56,248 nucleotides of DNA, taken from the IMG/VR virus record IMGVR_UViG_3300027917_000053, positions 1-56,248 of that record; one strand, 5' to 3'. Under the pieces are notes generated by a model that did no database searches, was not told where the DNA came from, and worked only from the letters and a program-made list of their open reading frames with translations. Of this stretch, positions 30,542 to 38,742 are shown one piece after another. The DNA is from a virus. Lineage: Duplodnaviria; Caudoviricetes. The first letter of the stretch is position 1, and every line of letters begins with the position of its first letter. Made by a program: the position numbers and the translations under genes.

Positions 30542-30688
30542 CTATTCGTCGACTATAATATAAAGGTCGTATAAATATCTCCAACTCAAACTATCATATA
30601 TTTGGTTGAAGTTTATGCTATTCTTAGACTTTGCTAAATAAGCACAATAATAATGTGATACTTTACTAGTCAACATATATTTTCTCAT
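30542..30688 (-). CDS. Tyr-rich micro-ORF, 48 aa, inside the array
   Basis: MRKYMLTSKVSHYYCAYL...IVDE; fills a non-periodic gap; no clear SD. Confidence 0.35.
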   Translation of the reverse strand: MRKYMLTSKVSHYYCAYLAKSKNSINFNQIYDSLSWRYLYDLYIIVDE

Positions 30689-30710
30689 AGTTTAACTAGA
30701 TTCTCTTGGG

Positions 30711-30881
30711 TTAAAATATTAAATGGAGGTAGTCTAAATATCTCTTTGGTGTTTTATGATGTGCGTAAAGTTTTCTTACATAGATAGAGTATTTCTCAGA
30801 AGCGTCAACTTCATGCGATTTTAAGAAATATAATGAATGTTTATGATATGATAAATAATGAAGAAAAACTATATCGTACAT
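30711..30881 (-). CDS. Tyr/His-rich micro-ORF, 56 aa, inside the array
   Basis: MYDIVFLHYLSYHKHSLY...LHLIF; stop TAA lies within a TTTAACCCA repeat variant. Confidence 0.35.
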   Translation of the reverse strand: MYDIVFLHYLSYHKHSLYFLKSHEVDASEKYSIYVRKLYAHHKTPKRYLDYLHLIF

Positions 30882-30895
30882 TTCTTTTTCTCATT

Positions 30896-32722
30896 GGGTT
30901 TCTAGAAGTATTTAAAATAATCTTTATGTCAATGGGTTTCTCACACCTCCAGTAATTCTAGTTATAATACATCATTTATTTAGTTAACTAATATTAGGGG
31001 GGTTTCTAGGAAGTTTAGATATACATTACATTATTGTATTACTAAGAAATTATGGTAAACTCGTGGGTTTTCTGGGTTAAATAACTTGACTAGATACATT
31101 AAAAATTTTAGGGTTTCTTTTCTGCCAAGATAAACTAGTCCGAGTAAGGGTTACTATATATCTTGTGAAAAATAACTCACCTCCTTTAGGATTTCTAGAT
31201 GTACATGATAAACTAATCTCCTCTGGGTTACTTAAAAGATGTGATAATCTCTATTAATTAGGGTTTCTACGAAGTAATGAAAAACTAGGTTGGTCGTGGG
31301 TTAAATATTTCCCAATGATAAACTGCATCAGTTTGGATTACTCTTGCAGCACGGGTAAACTCTTGCTTATTGGATTTCTCGGCTTCAAAGATAAACTTAA
31401 ACGGAGTGGGTTAGTATAAATTAATTAGAAAAAATATCATCTTCTGGGTTTCTCCTGCCATAATGTTAAACTTTACTCTTTCGGAGTTACTATTCACAAT
31501 GGGTTAACTTACACTCACTGGGTTACTTATACATAGTGGTTAACTTACACTCACTGGGTTACTTTATAGTTGTGGTAAACTTACGCTACATGGGTTACTC
31601 TGTACATATGGTAAACTCGATAATTAAGGGTTTCTAATCTAAAAAGATAAACTTATGTTTTAAAAGTTAAATCTAAATCAAAGGTTAAATTTTAAGTATG
31701 TGGGTTTCTTCTCCTTTATAATAAACTTTAACATATTGGGTTAAATTAGAGCCCATGGTAAACTTCAGATACAAGGCTAATGGGTTAACTTTCCCCCTTC
31801 TGGGTTACTAGCTTTATGTGGTTAACTTCTCCATCATGGATTACTGACTTTTAAAGATAAACTTCGGTATTTCGAGTTGAATATAAATATGAGGTAAACT
31901 CTCTCGTTCTGGGTTATTGACCTTCCAGAGTAAACTTTAGAATGCTGAGTTAAATAATCAATATCAGTGATAAACTATCTGTCCTTGGATTTCTTTGTAG
32001 AAATGATAAAATCTTTGATTCTGGATTTCTATGCCTTATAGATAAAAACTATATTTCTATGGGTTTCTGATTTTTTTAGATAAACTTTTTCTCCTCGGGT
32101 TACTTAAAAATGTAAGATAAATTTATTCTCTCTGGGTTATTTAAGTGATTTAGATAAACTCTTCCTCCTCGGGTTACTATAGCGTGATAGTAATCTTATC
32201 CAATTCGGGTTTCTTTGGAGGGTTGGAAATCTCTTGGCCTGTGAGTTAATTTTCCTTAGTGAAAAACTTAAAACCGGTGGGTTACTCGCCGTTTTTGTTA
32301 AATAAACTATAAAATAGTGTACTAATTTGTTCTAAAGGTAAACTTTAGGTGTCTGGGTTATTTGGTGTATATGATATATAAATTTATCAAATTTACCAGA
32401 TTTGGGTTTCTTAATTTCAATGATAAACTCTATTAATTAGGGTTTCTACGAAGTTCTGGTAATCTCCTCCACCCGGGATTACTTACGACTTCAGGAAAAA
32501 ACTCAATTATTCAAGGGTTAATTTCGCTATTCGATAAACTCAGCTGTTCAGGATTACTTGCGGTTTAAGATAAACTCATCGTATCTGGTTTGAGTCCTTT
32601 TTCTAGGAAAACTCTCTTTGAATGGGGTTAAATATATAATCTTGATAACTTTATATAATTGGGTTTCTTATCGCAATGGGTAATCTTCTATGAGAGAGGG
32701 TTAATAAGTAGTATTGAAAATT
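30896..32722 (-). repeat. 36-nt dual-repeat (TIGR-like) array, block D, about 48 units
   Basis: For example, repeats at 31502, 31520, 31538, 31556, 31574, 31592 and 31610 are in exact 18-nt steps. Confidence 0.92.
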
Positions 32723-32858
32723 AACAACGCATTTTACTTGTGTATACATTAAGTCTATCAAAAGTAGAATGTATAAAACTTGAATATGAGTGAAACCAAG
32801 AATGGTGTTTCCATCCAGTCATAATTAAATATATTATGTACTCTTTTTCAAGACTCAT
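32721..32858 (-). CDS. Aromatic-rich micro-ORF, 45 aa, inside the array
   Basis: SD aagga; MSLEKEYIIYLIMTGWKHHSWFH...; stop overlaps the first repeat of block D. Confidence 0.4.
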   Translation of the reverse strand: MSLEKEYIIYLIMTGWKHHSWFHSYSSFIHSTFDRLNVYTSKMRC

Positions 32859-32867
32859 AATAATTCC

Positions 32868-32981
32868 TTAAAGTTTAGATATATCAAGATGAATTTCTCC
32901 AAAATACATTGCTCGACATGAATAATACCAATTGTTCTTAAATCGGGATAAATAACCAATATAATAAATAATCATGTCCAT
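32868..32981 (-). CDS. Tyr-rich micro-ORF, 37 aa, inside the array
   Basis: MDMIIYYIGYLSRFKNNWYYSC...; tandem with the neighbouring micro-ORF. Confidence 0.35.
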   Translation of the reverse strand: MDMIIYYIGYLSRFKNNWYYSCRAMYFGEIHLDISKL

Positions 32982-33032
32982 TATATTATCTGATTCGGTT
33001 TGGGTTAGTTGATTTCCATAGAAAACTTAAAG

Positions 33033-33105
33033 TGACACCGTAGGGATTCGAACCCTAATGACCGACTAGAAAGGCCGGTATCCTAAACCATTAGATGACG
33101 GTGCC
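33033..33105 (-). tRNA. trnE: tRNA-Glu (TTC)
   Basis: GGCACCG/CGGTGTC acceptor stem, D-loop AATGGTTT, anticodon arm CCGGC-CTTTCTA-GTCGG, T-arm TAGGG-TTCGAAT-CCCTA; CCA not encoded. Confidence 0.9.
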
Positions 33106-33134
33106 ATAAAATAGTATGTTCTAAAAACTAGTAA

Positions 33135-33360
33135 GGTAAACTTTACTCTTTAAGGGTTACTTCCCCTAATCGGTAAACTTTCTTTTTCGGGGTTACTTCA
33201 TTTTACGGGTAAACTTGCCTGTTTTGAGTTAATTAGGGATTGATGACAATCTTGTTTAACTAGAGTTAATTATAACTTATGAAAATTTTACGAAGTGTGG
33301 GTTACTTTCACTTTACGAAAATCTTATTACTCCTGAGTTAATGCTCATGAAGGGAAATCT
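33135..33360 (-). repeat. Dual-repeat array, block E, about 6 units
   Basis: ggtaaact/gaaaatct alternating with gggttact/gagttaat at about 18 nt. Confidence 0.85.
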
Positions 33361-33940
33361 AATTCTTTGAAGAAGAACTTGGATTTTCCTCTTCCTTGGT
33401 TTCATGAATGATTAAAGGTTCGCTTCCAGGATATTGATCTTGTATAAAAGATTTTACTCCACCAATCATTTTTTTCATATCGTCCCTAAATCCTTCACTT
33501 TTTTTAGTCCAAGGAAGACCTTCGGCTTTACATGATAGATATTCTCCAATATCATACATGCAGTCGACTTTTCGTCCTTCTTCGATTTTTTCCAAAAGAG
33601 TTTTAAATTGTTCTTCTGTAAAAACTCCTTCCTTATGTAGGTTGGTAACAAATTTTTGAACTATGTCGAAAGATGAATCACCGTGACTCCATTCATAATT
33701 ATAAGAAAATCCTGGTCCTAAAGCAGACATATTTCCCATTTTTTCATTACATCCAAGATACCAAATAACTAAATCTCCAGGAATAAGATTCCCTGCCTCA
33801 TCAAAGGCATGTCCACAATCGGATATAAGAAAATTAAATAATTGGTCTCCTGTGGTTTCTTGAGCAATCATATCTTGAGGAAATGTATCGGTATAGATTT
33901 TAGCATAAATATCTACAGATATCACTGTTTTATTGTTCAT
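33359..33940 (-). CDS. Hypothetical protein embedded in the array
   Basis: 193 aa, SD ggagg; stop TAG overlaps repeat AGATTTCCC. Confidence 0.75.
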   Translation of the reverse strand: MNNKTVISVDIYAKIYTDTFPQDMIAQETTGDQLFNFLISDCGHAFDEAGNLIPGDLVIWYLGCNEKMGNMSALGPGFSYNYEWSHGDSSFDIVQKFVTNLHKEGVFTEEQFKTLLEKIEEGRKVDCMYDIGEYLSCKAEGLPWTKKSEGFRDDMKKMIGGVKSFIQDQYPGSEPLIIHETKEEENPSSSSKN

Positions 33941-34169
33941 CAGAATCCTCCGAAAGTATACTTTTTGAGACAGTAAAGCGAGCTAATCCTTTAAGAGCAG
34001 GATTTTTTAGCATTTCTTCTAATTCCCTTTGTTTTTGCTCTTGCTCAGCAAGATATTTCTTTTTCTCCTCTTTGGTCATTTGTTGAAATAATCTTTCTTC
34101 TTCTTCCAGTTTTTCGGTAATGTCTTTCAGTAAATCGTCAAAACGCATAGCTTTAACTCTCTCGACCAT
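33930..34169 (-). CDS. Small coiled-coil hypothetical protein embedded in the array
   Basis: SD gaggt; E/K-rich; overlaps the next gene. Confidence 0.7.
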   Translation of the reverse strand: MVERVKAMRFDDLLKDITEKLEEEERLFQQMTKEEKKKYLAEQEQKQRELEEMLKNPALKGLARFTVSKSILSEDSDEQ

Positions 34170-34188
34170 TTTTTATACCTCATATTTA

Positions 34189-34615
34189 TGGGTTAGTATA
34201 ATATTATCTATTTCTACAAGGGTTACTAAGCATCATTGAAAAACTCTTTTAAGAAGGATTTCTACCTTTTAGTGATAAACTTTTTTACGGTGGATTACTT
34301 ATCGAAATTGATACATTCACCTGGGAAAGGGTTACTTTATCCAATTGATAAACTAGATATGGGTGGGTTACTATTTATTCCTGATAAACTTCACTTTTCT
34401 GGGTTACTTATATTTGAAAGATAAACTAAACTATTATGGAGTTATAAAATAATTAGTTTTGGTTAACTTAGATCTTGTGAGTTAATTGGAGGCGATGGAT
34501 AAACTTTTCCATATAGGATTTCTTTACTCAAATGATACTCTAAATAGAAGTGGGTTACTTTGCGTATAGGGAAAATCTACAGTTGAATGGGTTACTACCC
34601 GTTTTGGGAAAAATA
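34189..34615 (-). repeat. Dual-repeat array, block F, about 11 units
   Basis: gggttact/ggattact alternating with gataaact at 18-nt spacing. Confidence 0.88.
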
Positions 34616-34969
34616 TTAACACTGTCCACCAGGGCCAGTTGCTTTATGTAATTCTTTTTCTGTCTTTTCCCACGCTTTTAAGTCAATCATATCAGTGACA
34701 TCATACATTTGATCACTATACCAAACATAGCAATGCTTACATTTAGTACATACATTCACGCAGAGTGAATCAGTAGTGATATGCTGGGTTTTGTCTGCTT
34801 TAAGATAGGGCATAACAGATTCAAGATACCCAGCGTGACGAAAATGGACATTCCCACATTCTGGACATCGAAAAAGGAATAACTCTTCTGCAGTTATCTT
34901 TTTCGGTTTAACTTTGTCTTTAAAACAATTAGGTATACTTACTTCTTTCCCTTCTTCCTTTTTGTCCAC
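34616..34969 (-). CDS. Zinc-ribbon protein embedded in the array
   Basis: CPECG...CTKC; GTG start with SD aaggag; stop directly abuts block F. Confidence 0.7.
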   Translation of the reverse strand: MDKKEEGKEVSIPNCFKDKVKPKKITAEELFLFRCPECGNVHFRHAGYLESVMPYLKADKTQHITTDSLCVNVCTKCKHCYVWYSDQMYDVTDMIDLKAWEKTEKELHKATGPGGQC

Positions 34970-35006
34970 CTTTAAACTCCTTTTTTAAAGTTATCTGTTA
35001 TCTTTA

Positions 35007-35480
35007 GGGTTTCTGTCAATGATTGGAAATCTTCTCGTTCATGGTTTACTACGGAATCATGAAACTTTATTTTGTTATGGGTTACTACTTTCAATTGAAA
35101 AATTTGTTATAAATGAGTTTATTCACTCACTCAGAAATCTTCTCTTGTAAGGGCTAATACACATATCTATGGAAATAATGGATTATTTATTTTCAAAGAA
35201 AATCTATATTTCGTAGGGTTACTGTTCGTATAAGGAAATCTCTATAACTATGGATTAATGCACAAACAAGAAAAAATCTTTTTTTCCAGAGGGTTACTTT
35301 CCGTATAGGGAAAATCTGTATAACGATGGGTTAATGCACAAACAAGAAAAAATCTATTTTGCAGTGGGTTTCTTACTCATAGTGAAAAACTATTAACATA
35401 CGGGTTAAGTTGTTATAATAAGGAAATCTTACATCCTTTGAATTTCTATTTTTCTGGGTTACTCGACATAGAAGAAAATT
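35007..35480 (-). repeat. Dual-repeat array, block G (5'-most on the minus strand), about 13 units
   Basis: gggttact/gggttaat alternating with ggaaatct/gaaaatct variants. Confidence 0.85.
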
Positions 35481-35489
35481 ATAAAAATA

Positions 35490-35558
35490 GGAGGCTCTTT
35501 TGATATAAAATGATCCCGTTGTCTTAGGGAATACTACTTTCATACTAAAAGAGCCTCC
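35490..35558 (-). other. Stem-loop at the head of the array region (leader or terminator)
   Basis: ggaggctctttt (35490-35501) pairs perfectly with aaaagagcctcc (35547-35558). Confidence 0.55.
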
Positions 35559-35601
35559 ACAGAAAGATAAAAAGTCATTAACTTTTTACCAAGGGGCCAA
35601 A

Positions 35602-36036
35602 TTAAGATCTGCTATGTTTATACTGTTTTCTGTCTGCTGGTTGCTGATTTTGTGGTTTTTCAGCATTATTTAACTCAACAGTAATATCAAACATAACAGG
35701 GACTGGAAGTTGAGAAACCCAAATAGTACTTGGAATTAACTCGGTATAGACGAAATCTTTTCCTTCCAAAAGTTCATTAATCCTTTTATAAACTATTTCA
35801 GGAAGGTCTTTTGATTCCTGATATTTTCGAACTTTCGTCATCTCCTCTTTATCAACCTTGAGATACTTCCCTCCATCTGAGCAAACAGGTAAGCGGTATT
35901 CTTTTTCATCCATTCGGATTCGAACTTCTCCATATAAAGTCCCTGTTACTAAAATATCACGATGACTATTATCGTTTTTATCAACATTCAAAAAAAGATC
36001 ACTCAAAGATAAAACTTCGATTGATTTAGTAGACAT
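35602..36036 (-). CDS. Hypothetical protein, family A
   Basis: LYGEVRIRMDEKEYRLPVCSDG...LPEIVYKRINELL...LIP; SD aaggagg. Confidence 0.7.
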   Translation of the reverse strand: MSTKSIEVLSLSDLFLNVDKNDNSHRDILVTGTLYGEVRIRMDEKEYRLPVCSDGGKYLKVDKEEMTKVRKYQESKDLPEIVYKRINELLEGKDFVYTELIPSTIWVSQLPVPVMFDITVELNNAEKPQNQQPADRKQYKHSRS

Positions 36037-36069
36037 ATATGTCCTCCTTCGTTACGAACACCTTGAATG

Positions 36070-36795
36070 TTATGAGTATTCTATGAGTATAGAATCAGTG
36101 AATGGTTTTAAATAATGATCAAAATACCATTCCTTATCTATATCGGTGATCTTTAGTAATCTTACAGTTCCTTCCTTTATATTGACGAAACCGTGTCTTA
36201 CTAAACATACATCGTAAGATTTAGAGTCTTTTGTAGGAATACAAAAAACTCTGATTTTCTCACATTCAAAGAGTTCTTTCTTTATAAAATCTAACTTCTT
36301 AAATATTGCTATTTTACTTAAGAAGTTGATTTCTGCTAATTTTTGATAGAAATTATTTATGCCTTCATATCGTCTAGAAATTCCTTTAACTAAAACCTCG
36401 TCTGAACCACTTTTAATAGCTAAATAGAAATCTCTTCCTGGAGATATTATCAAATCTCGGTATTTAGTACATTTCATTATATCAATCACAGTTCCGAGTT
36501 TTCTAGTAACTATAAAACCATCAAATTGTCTTGTTATTAACTCCTCCTCTTTTTTAACATTATTTTGAGTTAAACACTGGTCAATTATATTTATAACCAT
36601 TGATCTAAGAATCTTAGTCAAATTGGGGTTTTCCCTCTGTAAAAGTCCTATAGCAATGTTTCTTTGTTCCTTTTCCAATGGGATATTACTTACATCATAA
36701 CCTAAAGATATAAGCATATTGTAATTACATTTCTCTATATCATAATTGTATACATCCTTTAAGCAAAGTTTACAGTTTTTATTTATTTCCATCAT
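36070..36795 (-). CDS. Putative family-B DNA polymerase-like catalytic fragment
   Basis: YNYDIEKC (motif A-like), ITRQFDGFI (motif C-like), LVKGI, DIDKEWY; only 241 aa. Confidence 0.4.
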   Translation of the reverse strand: MMEINKNCKLCLKDVYNYDIEKCNYNMLISLGYDVSNIPLEKEQRNIAIGLLQRENPNLTKILRSMVINIIDQCLTQNNVKKEEELITRQFDGFIVTRKLGTVIDIMKCTKYRDLIISPGRDFYLAIKSGSDEVLVKGISRRYEGINNFYQKLAEINFLSKIAIFKKLDFIKKELFECEKIRVFCIPTKDSKSYDVCLVRHGFVNIKEGTVRLLKITDIDKEWYFDHYLKPFTDSILIEYS

Positions 36796-37130
36796 TTTGA
36801 CTTTCTAGCTCTAAAAAGCTGGAAAACACAAATAATTACTCTATCAAACCATTCTTTATATGCATAAAACCGCATTTCGTTTTTACGAATAGCTAAATGT
36901 AAACAATAGGGGAGATATTTATCTATACATTCAGTTAATGCTAAGTCTAAATGATAAGAGTTAAAATAGTCAAGTCTCTGATTACTGAACCTATCTATCC
37001 ATTGGTCAAAAGATTTAAATCTCCCTACTGATTTAAAGTAATATAGATAATTATAATAGCTCCTATCAGCTAAGTTTTTTGTTTGGTTCAATGAAACACT
37101 CCTATTAAAATAAAGTAATGGGATACCCAC
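36792..37130 (-). CDS. Aromatic-rich hypothetical protein
   Basis: ORF coupled to the downstream gene (ATGA overlap). Confidence 0.55.
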   Translation of the reverse strand: MGIPLLYFNRSVSLNQTKNLADRSYYNYLYYFKSVGRFKSFDQWIDRFSNQRLDYFNSYHLDLALTECIDKYLPYCLHLAIRKNEMRFYAYKEWFDRVIICVFQLFRARKSK

Positions 37131-37198
37131 TAATCAAAACTTACGAAAAGTGAGTATCCCATTGGAGGAACATCTATAGAATTATTATTTACGAAAGT

Positions 37199-38050
37199 TT
37201 ACTGAAACATAAAAGCGATGGCATCGTCGATTTGATATAGATGAGCTATATCAAAGATTCCTTCTTGTTTTTTCAATAGAAAGGAAATTACATCTTTGCA
37301 ACTTCTCAGGTCTTTGGATTGACTGGACAACTGAGAATACTTTTTGATGATCAAATCTTCCAATGGTGCCGGATCATCTAATCCAGACAATAATGTGGGA
37401 GAATCCATACTTTTGCAAAGATCCAAGGAAATACTCATATTATCTCCAAACTCCGCTTTATTAAATTTTGCCGTATTCACAGGAATATAAACTTGACCTT
37501 CACTATCAGGAATGACACTAGCGGAGTCAACGGGAATACAAACCGTTGCCATTATTGTAGGAAGACGAACTATGGTTGATTTTTGGGGAAGAGCATGATA
37601 GATTTTGAGAACTCTATCTTCAAGACCATAAATGATAGCAATTCCGGTTGGGAAAATCTTTACATCAATGGGGGAAAGATTTGGAATGAATAGAAGAGTT
37701 GGTTTGCTCAGGATATTTATTTCTCTTCTATCTTCTCCATCATTGGTTTTTCCACCTCTTAAAGCAGGGGTGGTGACGACCACATAATCACTTGGCTCAA
37801 TACCCTGTAATTTCAACCCAACTGTAAAGATTTTTGAGGATTTTGCAACTGAATCTTTATAACTACACCACCAATCGTAAAGGTTGGTAAGTTGGATTGA
37901 AGTTAAGGATGGATTAGGTTCTTTTCCTGTTCCATTTCCTGGGGGTGTAAAAATCTTTGGTTCAAGAATGCTTGTTTCGATGGTTTCTGCTTCAGTTTCC
38001 TGAACTTTTTCATTTTCTACTAAATCATTAATATTAACATTATTATCCAT
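37199..38050 (-). CDS. Hypothetical protein
   Basis: 283 aa, SD aaggag. Confidence 0.75.
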   Translation of the reverse strand: MDNNVNINDLVENEKVQETEAETIETSILEPKIFTPPGNGTGKEPNPSLTSIQLTNLYDWWCSYKDSVAKSSKIFTVGLKLQGIEPSDYVVVTTPALRGGKTNDGEDRREINILSKPTLLFIPNLSPIDVKIFPTGIAIIYGLEDRVLKIYHALPQKSTIVRLPTIMATVCIPVDSASVIPDSEGQVYIPVNTAKFNKAEFGDNMSISLDLCKSMDSPTLLSGLDDPAPLEDLIIKKYSQLSSQSKDLRSCKDVISFLLKKQEGIFDIAHLYQIDDAIAFMFQ

Positions 38051-38130
38051 TAGTTTTTTTCTCCTTTAAGTTTGACTTTTCTCTCCCTTTTTATTACTTT
38101 TTTTATTAATTTATCATATCTCACCCCCTT

Positions 38131-38169
38131 CTTATATATATTTATGTATTAGTCCGAAAGGACTTTCGA
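38131..38169 (-). promoter_or_regulatory. AGTCC-GAAA-GGACT hairpin plus TATATATA element (copy 2)
   Basis: Matches 20187-20227. Confidence 0.45.
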
Positions 38170-38178
38170 TTTTTTAGT

Positions 38179-38649
38179 TTAGAATCTAGATTCTAAGATC
38201 CGCTCAACTTTTCTCAACCATTTCAAATAATTATCTATTCTTGTTATTATTATATTATAATCAGTCCCATTTGTACTGGGGTATGGGCATCTTTCTCCTA
38301 CTTCTAATTTCGCTAAACATTTTTCACAGAAATAACTCCCTCCACAATGTTTCATAGCATGTTCGCAAAGAGGAGATAAACGATGTCCATAACGAATTCT
38401 AAAAATTTCAGTCCTTAGTTTACCTTTTTTATTTCTTGAAACTTCCCGTACTAAAATCTTATCGTTAGTGTCAAATCTGAATTGACCAACTTTTTGTGGT
38501 CCAAGAAGGTCTTTAGCAATACTTTTATTGACTTCCCAAAATTTCCTAGTTTTTCTGATTAAATCTAGAGTTTTTTGTATGGCGGTATACTTTTCAGAAA
38601 TCATGGATTCTGTCAACTCTACCTGCTTTTTAGTTGGAACTCTATACAT
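38179..38649 (-). CDS. Basic Cys-cluster (possible Zn-binding) hypothetical protein
   Basis: PLCEHAMKHC....CEKC.......CP. Confidence 0.65.
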   Translation of the reverse strand: MYRVPTKKQVELTESMISEKYTAIQKTLDLIRKTRKFWEVNKSIAKDLLGPQKVGQFRFDTNDKILVREVSRNKKGKLRTEIFRIRYGHRLSPLCEHAMKHCGGSYFCEKCLAKLEVGERCPYPSTNGTDYNIIITRIDNYLKWLRKVERILESRF

Positions 38650-38675
38650 TTAGTCTTCCTTTTCTCTGGTGAAGT

Positions 38676-38721
38676 AGAGAAAGCGGGAAGGGAAAATAAT
38701 CTCCCTCCCCCTTTTCTCTCT
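38676..38721 (-). terminator. Hairpin after the RRM gene
   Basis: agagaaagcgggaaggga ... tccctcccccttttctctct imperfect inverted repeat. Confidence 0.45.
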
Positions 38722-38742
38722 AAAAATTAGGATTGAGTCAGA

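Noticed and set aside
29263-32722. Recoded (TAG/TGA read-through) repeat protein on the minus strand
   Set aside because: TAA stops and frequent 1-3 nt indels occur in the array, and flanking genes are intact and tightly packed under the standard code, ending in TAA, TAG and TGA.
33068-33074. Amber suppressor reading of the tRNA (CTA present in the loop)
   Set aside because: With the 5-bp stem CCGGC/GTCGG the 7-nt loop centres on TTC; CTA occupies positions 36-38, not the anticodon.
29263-35480. CRISPR array interpretation
   Set aside because: There is no 23-50-nt constant repeat; two alternating 9-nt repeats with 9-nt spacers and no cas genes do not fit CRISPR.
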